Below, in pieces: positions 53,876 to 64,000 of a DNA stretch of 64,000 nucleotides; positions within the stretch are counted from its first letter, which is position 1, and every line of letters begins with the position of its first letter. Position numbers and translations under genes: made by a program. The DNA lies in the NCBI GenBank assembly GCA_001800135.1, contig MGUU01000010.1, positions 115,696 through 179,695 on the forward strand. The letters run 5' to 3'. This DNA is from Elusimicrobia bacterium RIFCSPLOWO2_02_FULL_39_32 (GTDB lineage: Bacteria; Elusimicrobiota; Elusimicrobia; 2-02-FULL-39-32). Under the pieces are notes generated by a model. The model did not search any database and had not been told where the DNA came from. It saw only the letters and a program-made list of their open reading frames with translations.

Positions 53876-54730
53876 TTACCAGGTTTGAGAAGCGCTGCTT
53901 TCAGCTTTTAATCTGGGACGGCATACGCCGCGAGCTGAATTTACCACGAAATTTAGAAATTCTTTAATGACAGGAGATTCAATTTTTTCTTTTTGTAACT
54001 GAAGAAGAGTTAACTTTAATGGTTTTTTAGAAAAGAAAATCGAGCGATAAATCTTTTTGATCGCTTCAATTTCAGTTTTAGAAAAATGGCGTCTTTTTAA
54101 GCCCTCTAAATTTAATCCTACAATTTTTGCTCGATCTCCCCATACCGTGCAAAATGGAGGAACATCTAAGGGCACCATGGCGCCCGCGCCTATCATGGCA
54201 AGTCTTCCGATTTTTACAAACTGATGAACTCCGCTTAAACCACCGATAATAGTTCCCATCCCAAGCTGCACATGTCCTGCAATCGCAACCCCATTGGCTA
54301 GAATCACCTCATCTTCAATTACACAGTCATGGGCTACATGGGAATAGGCCATAAAAAGACAATGTTTGCCAATTTTCGTTTCACCCGACTGCGCTGTGCC
54401 CCGGTTTAAAGTAGCGCATTCTCTTACAATGGTGCCGTCGCCAATGGTAATTCTAGTTTTTTCTCCCCTGTATTTTAAATCTTGGGGCGCAGTGCCAATA
54501 AACGCATGCGCATGGATTTGACAACTAGATCCTATTTCCGCAAATTCAATCACTGCATGGGGTCCGACATGGGTTTGGGATCCGATCTTTACATCTTCAC
54601 CAATCACAGCATAGGGACCTATTTCCACAGATTCTCCAATCTGGGCATGAGGATGGATCACTGCCGTAGGATGGATTTTATATTTTTCCGGTTCTTCCGG
54701 AAGGTTTTGATGGAGTGTGAGCTCAGTCAT
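53876..54730 (-). CDS. lpxA: UDP-N-acetylglucosamine acyltransferase
   Basis: 284 aa with left-handed beta-helix hexapeptide repeats and a C-terminal helical domain. It starts IHPTAVIHP.A.IG and contains ...VAHD.... Confidence 0.9.
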   Translation of the reverse strand: MTELTLHQNLPEEPEKYKIHPTAVIHPHAQIGESVEIGPYAVIGEDVKIGSQTHVGPHAVIEFAEIGSSCQIHAHAFIGTAPQDLKYRGEKTRITIGDGTIVRECATLNRGTAQSGETKIGKHCLFMAYSHVAHDCVIEDEVILANGVAIAGHVQLGMGTIIGGLSGVHQFVKIGRLAMIGAGAMVPLDVPPFCTVWGDRAKIVGLNLEGLKRRHFSKTEIEAIKKIYRSIFFSKKPLKLTLLQLQKEKIESPVIKEFLNFVVNSARGVCRPRLKAESSASQTW

Positions 54731-54733
54731 TTT

Positions 54734-55213
54734 TTAGCGGTCCACCAGAGCAAAGGTAAATTCACTCTCAGCCGCAAGCTCCTGCTCTACTCTAGCTTCC
54801 CCTCTAATTTTTCCAGCCCTGCTCCCTATTTTTAAAACATCAATATTTAATTCTAATCTATCTCCGGGAACAACAGCTCTTCTAAATTTTGTGGCGTCAA
54901 TTCCCATAAAGAATGCCAGCTTATTAGAAAATTCAGGCTTGGATAAAAATAGAGCGCACGCGGTTTGAGCTAAAGCTTCTACAATTAAAACACCGGGCAT
55001 AATCGGTTTTCCAGGAAAGTGTCCTTGAAAATACCATTCATTCATGGAAACAAGTTTAATTCCAACCGCTTTTTTAGATTCCTCCATTACCTTAACTTTA
55101 TCTATAAGAAGGAACGGATATCGGTGCGGAATCGCTTTTTGAATGTCATTAATATCTAGAATTCTTACCGGTTTTTTTTCCAGATTCGTGCTTTTAATTT
55201 CATTATTTTCCAT
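54734..55213 (-). CDS. fabZ: 3-hydroxyacyl-ACP dehydratase
   Basis: 159 aa with LPHRYPFLLIDKV and HFPGKPIMPGVLIVEALAQ. Confidence 0.9.
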   Translation of the reverse strand: MENNEIKSTNLEKKPVRILDINDIQKAIPHRYPFLLIDKVKVMEESKKAVGIKLVSMNEWYFQGHFPGKPIMPGVLIVEALAQTACALFLSKPEFSNKLAFFMGIDATKFRRAVVPGDRLELNIDVLKIGSRAGKIRGEARVEQELAAESEFTFALVDR

Positions 55214-56063
55214 GGGCTAATTCTCCTACTTTTGTAAGTTCCTTAACAAAATTAATGTTATGACCATGCCCTACTTTTATGGCGTCAATTTTTCCTAAAA
55301 CAGTTTTACCTAAAAGAAAAAAATCTCCCATAAAATCTAGTATTTTATGCCTTACAAATTCATCCTCAAAACGAAGTTTTTTTTCTTTATTGTAAATTCT
55401 ATCTAGCCCAACCACCACCGCGTTATCTAAGCTCCCTCCGCGGGCAAGCCCTTTTCTTTTTAGCGCTTCCACCTCATAGTCAAAACAAAAAGTTCTGGCA
55501 GGCGCAATTTCTCGTATATAAGTTTCTGTGTCAATTTGGAAAAATTTTTCTTGTTTCCCTATCAAAGGATGATTAAAAATAAGCTGGCAATGAATGGAAA
55601 AGTTTCTAGCAGGCTCTATGCGAATTTCAGTTTCATTTGCCTTATAAATAACAGGCTCTATGAGTTCTAATATTTTTTTTGGCTGATCCTGTTCTAAAAG
55701 ACCGCTAGAAAGCAAGACTTCTACAAAAGGTTTGGCAGAGCCATCTGCTACTGGAGGCTCATTAGCATCCACTTCAATCAAAAGGTTATCAATGCCTAAG
55801 CCTAAGAGAGCGGAACAGATATGCTCTACCGTATGAATTTGAGCCCCGTTTATTCCTAAGGTTGTGCCTCGCACCACTCCAACGACATGATCAATGGTCG
55901 CTGGAATATTGGGTTTGCCGGGCAAATCTTTGCGAATAAAAATTACACCAGTATTGACTGGAGCTGGAATAAATTTTAGAGAAGAGCTATTTCCTGTATG
56001 CAGTCCAATCCCTGCAAAACTCGCCTCTTTTTTAATGGTTTTTTGATTAGGATGCTGAATCAT
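55203..56063 (-). CDS. lpxC: UDP-3-O-acyl-GlcNAc deacetylase
   Basis: 286 aa with GIGLHTG, TVEHICSAL and ...FVRHKILDFMGD.... Confidence 0.9.
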   Translation of the reverse strand: MIQHPNQKTIKKEASFAGIGLHTGNSSSLKFIPAPVNTGVIFIRKDLPGKPNIPATIDHVVGVVRGTTLGINGAQIHTVEHICSALLGLGIDNLLIEVDANEPPVADGSAKPFVEVLLSSGLLEQDQPKKILELIEPVIYKANETEIRIEPARNFSIHCQLIFNHPLIGKQEKFFQIDTETYIREIAPARTFCFDYEVEALKRKGLARGGSLDNAVVVGLDRIYNKEKKLRFEDEFVRHKILDFMGDFFLLGKTVLGKIDAIKVGHGHNINFVKELTKVGELAHGK

Positions 56064-57084
56064 TTTTATTTGGGTTTAATATTCTTTTTATTTTTTTAAA
56101 TTCATCGTAAATTTGAGGCAATTTTCCAATAATGACTTGAATACGTCTTTCCTTTAGGATGGGCCTTGCGGGTGTTCCAAAAACAATGGATCCATTGGGA
56201 ACATCATTAGGAATTCCGGACTGGGCGGCAACAATTGCTCCGTCTCCAATATTGACATGATCTCCCACACCCACCTGGCCTGCAAGCGTGACAAATTTCC
56301 CTAGTTTGGAAGAGCCGGCAATGCCTGCCTGCGCTACTATGATACAACCCTGTCCGATTTGGACATTATGCGCGATTTGAACCAGGTTATCAATTTTAGA
56401 GCCCTGTCCGATTTTTGTTTTTCCCATGGTAGCCCTATCAATCGTCACATTTGAGCCTATTTCAACGTCATCTTCAATCTCTACAGTTCCTATTTGAGGA
56501 ATTTTATGGTGAGCCCCATCCAAGGTCACATAGCCAAAACCATCTGAACCAATCACAGTTCCAGAATGGATAATGACCCGATCATGTAAAAGCACCTCTT
56601 CTCTCAGCGTTACATGAGGGTAAATTTTACAATCTTTACCCAGAATAGCTTTTTGACCCACATAAGAGAAGGCATTAATTTCCGTTCCATCTCCTATGCG
56701 CGCGCCAGCTTCTATCACGCAATAATGGCCAATGGAAACTTCATTGCCAATCTCTGCTCCTTTGCCAATAAAGGCTGTGGGGTGGATTCCTTTTTCAGAA
56801 TGGATTTTTTTTTCTTTAGCAAAGATTTCTAAAATTTTTAAAAAAGCGATCTGGGGTTGTTCTACTAAAATGGCTGTTCGGTTCTCTACAGGAGTTCCTT
56901 TTGGCGCCAAGAGGATCCCTGCCTTAGAAGATGAGAGATTTTTTAAATATTCATTTTGGTTGACGAACGAAAGATCATTGAATGTGGCTTCTTCAAATGG
57001 AGCTACTTGCGTAATGGCGCATTCTGAATTTCCAATCAGTTCCCCACCAACCCTTTCAGATATCTCTTTAGCGGTTAATTTCAT
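56047..57084 (-). CDS. lpxD: UDP-3-O-acylglucosamine N-acyltransferase
   Basis: 345 aa with an N-terminal UDP-binding domain followed by hexapeptide repeats (…QIAHNVQIG…AGIAGS…). Confidence 0.9.
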   Translation of the reverse strand: MKLTAKEISERVGGELIGNSECAITQVAPFEEATFNDLSFVNQNEYLKNLSSSKAGILLAPKGTPVENRTAILVEQPQIAFLKILEIFAKEKKIHSEKGIHPTAFIGKGAEIGNEVSIGHYCVIEAGARIGDGTEINAFSYVGQKAILGKDCKIYPHVTLREEVLLHDRVIIHSGTVIGSDGFGYVTLDGAHHKIPQIGTVEIEDDVEIGSNVTIDRATMGKTKIGQGSKIDNLVQIAHNVQIGQGCIIVAQAGIAGSSKLGKFVTLAGQVGVGDHVNIGDGAIVAAQSGIPNDVPNGSIVFGTPARPILKERRIQVIIGKLPQIYDEFKKIKRILNPNKNDSAS

Positions 57085-57100
57085 TTTGGTTTTATTTTTT

Positions 57101-57829
57101 TTAAGAGCCTAATTTGTCCAGCACTTTTTGAGTAATATCCGCGACCTTTTCACCATACACTGTATGCTCTTTATCAATCACAATAGAATAACCATATTTA
57201 AGCGCAATTTCTTGTATGGTTTTATATATTTTTGCTAAAAGAACCATGGATTTACCTTCTTCCATATCCCGGATTTCTTGCTCTGCCAAACCAATAAAAG
57301 TTTCAAGTTCTCCTTCTTTACGAATTAAGAGAGCTTCTTTTTCCTGAATGAATAATTCAGAAATTTTTGCTGTTGTTGAAATTTGAACCACAGGAGTTGA
57401 AAGACTTAAGGTCTGGAAATTGGCAGTTAAACTATCTGTAGATTTTTTAAGCGTTTCATCGCTTTTTATCAAAGGAGGTGTTGAGCTTTGCACAGAAACC
57501 GTAGAAGTTTGCATAAAAATTTGTTTTTTTAAAGACTCGATTTCCCCTTTTAATTTTGTAACCTCCTCTTTTTTTTCTGTGATCAAATTTCTCTTTTCTT
57601 CAATCGCTTTATAGAGTTCGATCCTGGCTTTTTCTGTTTCAGAGAAGGTTTCAAAAATCTTGTGCATGTTCACAGTAGCAACCTTAGTTTTGCCGTCAAG
57701 GCCATCCAAAGGGATTTCAATTGCATGGAGTTTAAGCGCGAGGAGGAAGCAAATAGATGCAAGGAAAAAGCTAAACTTTTCCATTCTCATCCATAATCCA
57801 ATTTTGGTTCTAGGGATTTTGTTTTTCAT
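57101..57829 (-). CDS. OmpH/Skp-like periplasmic chaperone (long form)
   Basis: 242 aa with a signal peptide and coiled-coil-rich sequence. It occupies the canonical bamA-skp-lpxD position. A Ser/Thr-rich insertion (aa about 105-150) makes it longer than typical Skp. Confidence 0.6.
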   Translation of the reverse strand: MKNKIPRTKIGLWMRMEKFSFFLASICFLLALKLHAIEIPLDGLDGKTKVATVNMHKIFETFSETEKARIELYKAIEEKRNLITEKKEEVTKLKGEIESLKKQIFMQTSTVSVQSSTPPLIKSDETLKKSTDSLTANFQTLSLSTPVVQISTTAKISELFIQEKEALLIRKEGELETFIGLAEQEIRDMEEGKSMVLLAKIYKTIQEIALKYGYSIVIDKEHTVYGEKVADITQKVLDKLGS

Positions 57830-57830
57830 G

Positions 57831-60176
57831 TTAAAAGAGATTTCCTAAAGTAAAATGAATTTGGCTTACCTCTTCTCCAGCTCTGTGGTTTAAACCATAA
57901 CCCCAATCCAGCCGAATTGGGAATACTGGAGTAGTAATTCTTAGGCCAAAACCAATAGAGGATTTTAAGAATCTTCCATTTTCACTTTCAACTGGGCTTG
58001 CGCCAACATCCAGATACATCTCTTGTGAACTTTTCCAAGCTCCTCCCATATCAGCAAAAAGCACTAATTGCAGTATCCTTCTTTTGTTTTCCACATAGAG
58101 CGGAATTTTATATTCTGCGTTCATTAAAGTATAAACTCTGCCTCCTTCAATTGGGCCAATTTCTCCCCGGGCTTGGTAGCCTCGTATTGAATCTGACCCG
58201 CCTACAAAAAAACGTTCGAATATCGGGACTGTATCAGAAGGTTGAAATTCTTGAACCGCTCCAAAACGGCCATTTACAGAAAATACAAAGGGATAATTCC
58301 CTAATTTAAAAGTAGTCCAAAACCAGCTTGTGTTGAATAGTGATTTAAGAAAATGAACATCTCCTTGAAAAACAGGGCTTCCAGCTATTTGGCCTGCAAT
58401 TGAGTTTCTGCTCCCCCGAGTAGCGTCAAAAAAGTAGTCGCGCGTATCTCGGCTCAATTCAGTTAAAAAAGAGGAGGTGGTATTGGTTTCTTCCTTGATT
58501 TGGCTCTTAAACTCCTCTTTTATTCTATTAATTCCAACGCTGGTAAAAGAATAGGAAAATAAAAGAGTATAAACATCAGAGAATCTTGGTCCAACGCGAA
58601 CTCCTGCTCCCCGCCTAGTTTCCGTATAGTCAGCGCTAGAGTCAGAGTTAAATAGTCGTTCCCGGATGGTATTATATAGATCTACGCCAAAAGAAACTGG
58701 TTTATTGAATATCCAGGGTTCAGTCCAATTGATTTCATAGTTTTGCTTTCTGGAACCAAATTCCCACATGAGATTTAAGCGTTGAGCCAATCCAAGAAGA
58801 TTAGAATGAGAGAGCTGCACTTGTCCAACCAAACCATCTGTAGAAGAGAATCCTGCGCCTGCTGAAAGACTGCCTGGTTTACCCTCCACGATTTCCATGA
58901 TCAGGTCTGCTTTATCTGGATCTCTAGCAGGCTGGATGTCGGGTTTTACGTCGTCAATAAAACCCAGATTAAAAATTTTTTCTTGACTGCGTCTTAATTT
59001 AGAAGAAGAAAAAGGATCTCCGGGTTTCAGCAAGACTTCCCTGCGAATAACTTTATCTTTTGTTTTTTTAATTCCTTCAATAAAGATTCTATCTATATAG
59101 ATGATGCTGGCTTCTTCAATCTGCATTTGATAATTGATTTTATTATCTTCTATAACCTCTTGCGGAATAATTTGAGAGTAAAGATATCCTTTTTCCAGAT
59201 AAAGTTCTCTTAAATTTTGCAGCGTCTCTTCAAATTTTTCTTGATGATACAGTTTACCGGTTTTAAGCTCTATGGCTTTTTCTAATTGTTTGGAGGTATA
59301 GACCGTGTTTCCTGTAAATTCAAAATTTCCCACTAGATAACGCATTCCTTCTTCTATGGGAATATCTAAGGTTATTTTCGTTCTTTCCGGGTTATAAGCG
59401 ACTTGCGGCTTGTTAGTTTTAACTTTTGCATAACCATTATTCTTATAGAATTTTTCAATTTCCTCTAAATCTTTTTTTAGTTTTTCTGAATCATAAACTT
59501 TACGCCGCTTTGTTTTAATTAATCGTCTTAATTTTTTTTGTGAGAAACTAGCGGCCCCTTGAAACTCAATTTTTTCTATTAATATTCTGTTACCCTCTTT
59601 AATTACAAAATGAACAGAGACATGGTTTAAAGATTCATTAAAAGTGGTAAAAGGCTCTACTTTCGCGTCCGGATATCCTTTTTCCCCATAAAGAGATAGG
59701 ATTTTTTTTACGTCATTGGAAATTTTTATGGAATCATAACCTTCTTTTATTTTTAGAGAAATCTCCTCTTTTAACTTGCCTTTACCTATTTTTTTGTTGC
59801 CTGTAAAATCAATTCTTTTTATCAATGGTTTTTCTTTTATTTTAAAGATGACTCTAATTTTTCCATCCAAATCGCTGGTTTCCACTTGCGCGTCTTCGTA
59901 ATTTCCAGATGCCAATATGGATTGCACGTCTTCTCGTAAATTGGTTTCAGAATAGAGATCCTTTGGACGGGTTTTTATCAGCTCACGCACCGCTCTTTCT
60001 TTGAAGTTTTTAGTCCCTGTTATTTTTATTTCTTTTATCACTTTTACCTTTAAAGGCGGCGTCAAAGCAAAAGAAAAGTCCAAAACCTGAGAGATTAAAA
60101 TACTTATTCCGATGGATAGAAGTACCTTATACTTACGCAAGTTAAATATTTTACCAAAATATGCGGTTGAAAGCAC
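57831..60176 (-). CDS. bamA: Outer membrane protein assembly factor BamA
   Basis: 781 aa with repeated POTRA-type modules (…I.F.GN…) and a C-terminal Omp85 barrel ending ...FTLGNLF. Confidence 0.85.
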   Translation of the reverse strand: MLSTAYFGKIFNLRKYKVLLSIGISILISQVLDFSFALTPPLKVKVIKEIKITGTKNFKERAVRELIKTRPKDLYSETNLREDVQSILASGNYEDAQVETSDLDGKIRVIFKIKEKPLIKRIDFTGNKKIGKGKLKEEISLKIKEGYDSIKISNDVKKILSLYGEKGYPDAKVEPFTTFNESLNHVSVHFVIKEGNRILIEKIEFQGAASFSQKKLRRLIKTKRRKVYDSEKLKKDLEEIEKFYKNNGYAKVKTNKPQVAYNPERTKITLDIPIEEGMRYLVGNFEFTGNTVYTSKQLEKAIELKTGKLYHQEKFEETLQNLRELYLEKGYLYSQIIPQEVIEDNKINYQMQIEEASIIYIDRIFIEGIKKTKDKVIRREVLLKPGDPFSSSKLRRSQEKIFNLGFIDDVKPDIQPARDPDKADLIMEIVEGKPGSLSAGAGFSSTDGLVGQVQLSHSNLLGLAQRLNLMWEFGSRKQNYEINWTEPWIFNKPVSFGVDLYNTIRERLFNSDSSADYTETRRGAGVRVGPRFSDVYTLLFSYSFTSVGINRIKEEFKSQIKEETNTTSSFLTELSRDTRDYFFDATRGSRNSIAGQIAGSPVFQGDVHFLKSLFNTSWFWTTFKLGNYPFVFSVNGRFGAVQEFQPSDTVPIFERFFVGGSDSIRGYQARGEIGPIEGGRVYTLMNAEYKIPLYVENKRRILQLVLFADMGGAWKSSQEMYLDVGASPVESENGRFLKSSIGFGLRITTPVFPIRLDWGYGLNHRAGEEVSQIHFTLGNLF

Positions 60177-60219
60177 AATTTTAACCTTAATCCGAAACAG
60201 GACTGTTAATTACTTTCTA

Positions 60220-63200
60220 TTATCTTTTTGCAGGAGAACTTTTTTTAAACCAATTGGAAGGATCGAATTTAAATTCTGTCTGGATGCCCCCTTTTCTTTC
60301 TGGATCTCTGCCCAGGTTTTCCTTTGAATCTAATTCAGTAGTTCCATAAAACCAGATGCCTTTATAAAAAGGGTAACGGAGCTGGAGCTGGTGAATTAAG
60401 TCCGCTTTATCTTTAATTCTATCCAAAGTTGCTTTATAGCCAAGGCCTAATTTAGTCCCAAAAGTTTTTTCTAAAAGAATGGATTGACCAATTAAAGGGT
60501 CTAAGCTCGATGGAAGTTCTCCTCTTAACTCTTGGCTGCGCAGGGAGCTTACATCCTGGCTAATTTCAACTTTGTCTATTAGTTTGGTTCTTTGGATTAA
60601 AGCCCGGGCAAGAGGAGAGGCTAATTTTGCATCCAGCAACCGCGCCACTCCTTGTCGGATCTGTAAATCTTTTTCCTCGGGTTTTAAACCCTCCAAATTG
60701 ATCCCTAACCCTGCGCGCATGGCAGCCCGTTCAGAATTTAGAGTTGGATCTTGAGCAGAACGGAAAAAGAGCTTTTTAGAATCAAAGTCTTTAGTTAAAG
60801 CTGTTCGCTCCAAAGATAAAGTAATGGTATCTGGAATATTTTGTCCTCCTTGCTGGGAGGGAACAAAGCTATTTTGTTCCGCTTTTAAAGAAAGATAAAC
60901 CATATTTTTAGTTTCTCCAACAGTCAATTTTCCCTTTTCAACAGTTAAGCTTGGGGGTTGTAAAATTTCCAGCTCTGCTTCTTTTAAATTAAACTTTGCG
61001 CCATAGAGGCTAATCGTGCCTTCAGTTGAATTCATTTTTCCAGTAACAGAGAAATTTTCTTTGCCGCCTAAAAGATGAAATGCGCCTTTAATTTTTGCAT
61101 AGGCAACTTCATTTTGAAAGAGTGTTTGATCGCTGCTTTTTATTTTAAAGTCCCACTCTACATTCTCCAGCCAGGGGAGCTCTCCTTTAAATTTTTTTGA
61201 AGGCGCGTAAGAAAATAGGGTCTCTTTAAGTTCAATCCATCCTGAGATGCGTGGTTTTTCTTTTTTTCCTAATACGCGAACAGAAAAGAGAGGAGCTCCT
61301 CTGGAAGGAATAGAGGGGATGCCTAATTTTTCTTCTACAAGAGGAATTTCAGGAACCTGTATATTTAAGCCATGTTTGCCAATGGTTTCAAAAGTAAGGT
61401 CAAAATCATCCCAGAGGATTTCATCTTCAAGTGTGGTTTTTAATTTTCCTTTAGCTTTTAGCTGTCCCTGTCCTATGGAACACTCTGCTGTTTCAATGAG
61501 GCATTGATTCTTTTGGATTTGAATATTCAGATTTACATCCCTAGCCTTTTTTTGAAGGTAGGAAGAGTTAAATTCTCCATCCGATAGTTTAAAATTTCCA
61601 TTAATTTCTGGATTTTGCGCAACTCCGGAAAAAGAAAGGTCGCTACTTAAAGAACCCTTCGCGTTTTTAATTAGTTCTGTTTTTAAAAAATTAAGAATAG
61701 ATAGATCGGAATCCCGAATTTTAATTTTTAAATTTATTTTTTGGTTAGAGTTAACGTCATTATTTGTTTTTATGGGTAAGGAGCCTTGAGCTTCAAGTTC
61801 AAATAATTTTTTAGTTTTTGCTTTGAATGCGGTTAAAGAGAGCTGATCTCCGGTAGAACTAAACTCCGTATATAAGGACTCCAATGGAAACTCTTCCAAC
61901 GTTCCATTCTGAATGGAAAGATTTCCTTGGTAGGATGGTTTTTGTAGCGCGTGCGAACCCGTTATTTTAAAATTACTTTTTCCAGACAGGAGAATTGGGC
62001 TTTTAAAAATACCGGAAAGAAAAGCCGCGTCAATTTGATCCCCTTCCATGGTAAAGGCTGGTTTCTTAAGGTCAACTTCTCCGTTTAAATAAAATATTTT
62101 TTTATTGGCTTCAAAAATTTCAAACTGATTAAAAGCAACAGCGGGCCATTTAGCAAATGAAATCTCACCTCTCAAATCTGCTTTTTTTTGATTTTCGCTG
62201 ATAGGGTTTGGGTTGAATTTAAGTTTATTTTTTTTAAATTCTAAATTTAATTGAAAAGGTTCTAATTCATATTGATTGGCAATGCATTGATTCATTTTGA
62301 CCATGGTCATAAAAACCGGAGTTTCAGAATCCAAATCCTTTTTCCATGAACCCTCTAAAACCCCATCCCCGACAAAAAAAACAGGTCCTAAGGGAATATT
62401 CGCAAAATCAGCGGCTAAACGATATTCTCCCAACCCTTTCTCAGGGCTTAAGCGCACCCAGCTATCCTCTAAAACGCTAAACCTCCAGGATCCTTTTCTG
62501 CCATAAAAATTTAAACGGGAAAGCAATAGCTCTTTTTCCTTAAAAACTCCTGCAATTTCCCAAGAATCTAGGGAGATAGAACCTAAGATTCCCAATCCTC
62601 CGCGCAATTCGCCTTTGATGGTAGGGGAATTCCAATTTCCCGTTATCTTAAGAGCGCCGTCAGATTTACCATCCATCACATTCCAGTTAAATGCTCTAAA
62701 AAAAAGATCCGCATTGATTTGCGAAAAGGAGCTGTCTAAATTTAGAGATTCTGATTTTAAGTCAAGGCTGCCGGCTACTTTAAGTTTTCCCCCTTGATTT
62801 GAATTCAGTCTTAATGAGAGTGAGTTCAGTTCACCTTCAGAAAAAAGCGCTGTTCCATTTCCATTGAAAATTTCTAATTCTTTTTTAGGCTCTTTAATTT
62901 GAACTGAACTAGTTTGAAGATTAGAAAATTTTGCAATTAGAAAAAAAATCATTTTTTTTAAATTGCCCGTAAGGTGACCAGAGAGATTTAGATCCCCTTG
63001 AAAAGGAAAGTTTTCTAAATGAGTCACTTTAAACCATTCTCTAAGCTGACTCATGCTTGATTGCCATTCCCCTTTTATTTTAGGAGACTCATAGTTTGGC
63101 TGGTTAAATAAAATTTGGCAAGTTCCATTTATAAAATTTCCCCACTTGACCTTTTCTAGTTCTAAAATATTTCTGGAAAAATTTAAAGAAATTTCCAAGA

Positions 63201-64000
63201 ACCCAGCCTCTAGACGATTAAAGGTAAAATTTTTTGATTTTAATATGCCATGAAGAGATTGGCCATTTTCAATTAAATAATTTCCAATAAATTCAAAATT
63301 TCCAGCAAGATGAGTGTCGGCAATTTTAAAATTTTGCAGGATCGCCTGAACGGTTAAAGGGTTTATTTTAGAGTTTTGCATTGTTTCAGCTTTTAAATTA
63401 AAGGATCCTTCTTTTTGTTTAATTTCAAACTCTTTAACTTTTAGTCCCTGAGAATCAAAAAGAACATTAATTTTTAGGTTTTCAAAAGGGGTTTTTGACC
63501 AATTGCCGTTTTCAATTATGAAATTCCCTCCCCCCTCCCAAGCCATTTCTTGTTCTTCCAATTTTGGTTCCTTGATTTTTGTGAGAGAAAGCTTTCCGCT
63601 CATTTTGCCTGAGAGTTCTGTAGAGATGTTCATAAGATTAAGAAGAATGTTTGGATCGCCCTCATATGCCAGAACCTCAACCTTTATTTTTGTTTTGGGC
63701 TTTTTCCAATATTGGAACGAACCCTTAAAAGTTTTTCCAATAATAATATCTAAAAGCTGGAATGATTCTTTATCCCAAACTAGTTTTGAGTTAAAATTTC
63801 CAATTTCAGAATTTCCTTTTTCCTTTATTTTGGAAGAGAGTTTTCGCGCTTTAAGGCTGCCTTCACATTTAAAATTAGAAAGGGATCCTGTTAGTTTACT
63901 GTCCAGATAAAGACTTCCATCTAGTAAAGACAAGGACTTAATTTGGTTTCTAAACATGGAGAAAGGCAGGGCAGATGCTTTAACTTTCCCAACTATTTCT
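60220..64000 (-). CDS. tamB: TamB/AsmA-like translocation and assembly module protein (5' end outside the window)
   Basis: More than 1,245 aa of repetitive beta-rich sequence, with a DUF490-like C-terminus (…LQLRYPFYKGIWFYGTTE…), directly upstream of bamA. The reading frame stays open from the first Met (63957) to the window edge, so the gene is probably truncated here. Confidence 0.7.
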   Translation of the reverse strand, partial: EIVGKVKASALPFSMFRNQIKSLSLLDGSLYLDSKLTGSLSNFKCEGSLKARKLSSKIKEKGNSEIGNFNSKLVWDKESFQLLDIIIGKTFKGSFQYWKKPKTKIKVEVLAYEGDPNILLNLMNISTELSGKMSGKLSLTKIKEPKLEEQEMAWEGGGNFIIENGNWSKTPFENLKINVLFDSQGLKVKEFEIKQKEGSFNLKAETMQNSKINPLTVQAILQNFKIADTHLAGNFEFIGNYLIENGQSLHGILKSKNFTFNRLEAGFLEISLNFSRNILELEKVKWGNFINGTCQILFNQPNYESPKIKGEWQSSMSQLREWFKVTHLENFPFQGDLNLSGHLTGNLKKMIFFLIAKFSNLQTSSVQIKEPKKELEIFNGNGTALFSEGELNSLSLRLNSNQGGKLKVAGSLDLKSESLNLDSSFSQINADLFFRAFNWNVMDGKSDGALKITGNWNSPTIKGELRGGLGILGSISLDSWEIAGVFKEKELLLSRLNFYGRKGSWRFSVLEDSWVRLSPEKGLGEYRLAADFANIPLGPVFFVGDGVLEGSWKKDLDSETPVFMTMVKMNQCIANQYELEPFQLNLEFKKNKLKFNPNPISENQKKADLRGEISFAKWPAVAFNQFEIFEANKKIFYLNGEVDLKKPAFTMEGDQIDAAFLSGIFKSPILLSGKSNFKITGSHALQKPSYQGNLSIQNGTLEEFPLESLYTEFSSTGDQLSLTAFKAKTKKLFELEAQGSLPIKTNNDVNSNQKINLKIKIRDSDLSILNFLKTELIKNAKGSLSSDLSFSGVAQNPEINGNFKLSDGEFNSSYLQKKARDVNLNIQIQKNQCLIETAECSIGQGQLKAKGKLKTTLEDEILWDDFDLTFETIGKHGLNIQVPEIPLVEEKLGIPSIPSRGAPLFSVRVLGKKEKPRISGWIELKETLFSYAPSKKFKGELPWLENVEWDFKIKSSDQTLFQNEVAYAKIKGAFHLLGGKENFSVTGKMNSTEGTISLYGAKFNLKEAELEILQPPSLTVEKGKLTVGETKNMVYLSLKAEQNSFVPSQQGGQNIPDTITLSLERTALTKDFDSKKLFFRSAQDPTLNSERAAMRAGLGINLEGLKPEEKDLQIRQGVARLLDAKLASPLARALIQRTKLIDKVEISQDVSSLRSQELRGELPSSLDPLIGQSILLEKTFGTKLGLGYKATLDRIKDKADLIHQLQLRYPFYKGIWFYGTTELDSKENLGRDPERKGGIQTEFKFDPSNWFKKSSPAKR

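Noticed and set aside
1-64000. tRNA, rRNA, CRISPR arrays or other structured RNA genes.
   Set aside because: Intergenic space is minimal; the largest gaps are 271, 126, 117 and 93 bp. None shows cloverleaf-like stems, rRNA-like sequence or regularly spaced repeats.

Overview
This is an AT-rich, almost fully coding bacterial chromosomal window, with most genes on the minus strand. The organism is a diderm: a complete Raetz lipid A operon, msbA, skp, bamA and tamB are present. No taxonomic marker gene is in the window, so any lineage call (possibly an uncultivated phylum) is inference only.

Gene content from left to right:
- Bcd/EtfAB, with an EtfA that carries an N-terminal 2x[4Fe-4S] ferredoxin domain, then rnc.
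- The classic rpmF-plsX-fabH-fabD-fabG-acpP-fabF FAS-II cluster.
- ndk, a class-A beta-lactamase-like hydrolase and an isocitrate-dehydrogenase-family enzyme.
- The outlier: a stand-alone plus-strand 7,761-nt ORF (2,586 aa). It combines a Sec signal, a TraB/Tiki-like domain, an internal lipobox-like segment, beta-rich/PD40-like domains, a polytopic membrane block, a Pro/Thr linker and a coiled-coil tail. It also contains three internal copies of the Flp/Tad prepilin 'G/XXXX(E/D)(Y/F)' leader plus hydrophobic-helix motif.
- A RelE/ParE-RHH toxin-antitoxin cassette bracketed by 46-bp direct repeats that duplicate the 3' end of the neighbouring glycosyltransferase gene.
- A roughly 22-kb cluster in which type IV pilus genes are interleaved with glycan genes. 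The pilus genes are pilC, pilA, pilD and pilMNOPQ. The glycan genes are three Wzy_C/O-antigen-ligase-like proteins, two YfhO-like GT-C proteins, GT2, a WecA/MraY-like protein, a UDP-galactopyranose-mutase-like protein, GT4 and a CgeB-like protein.
- coaD, recG, rpmB, a short Rel/SpoT, thiS-thiG and a ZIP transporter.
- msbA-lpxB-(gnnA-like oxidoreductase)-lpxI-lpxA-fabZ-lpxC-lpxD-skp-bamA-tamB. The tamB frame runs off the right edge of the window.

I recognised no rRNA, tRNA, CRISPR array, transposase or integrase. The most interesting object is the giant ORF with embedded Flp-like prepilin modules, given that a prepilin peptidase and a pilin/glycosylation cluster lie in the same window.
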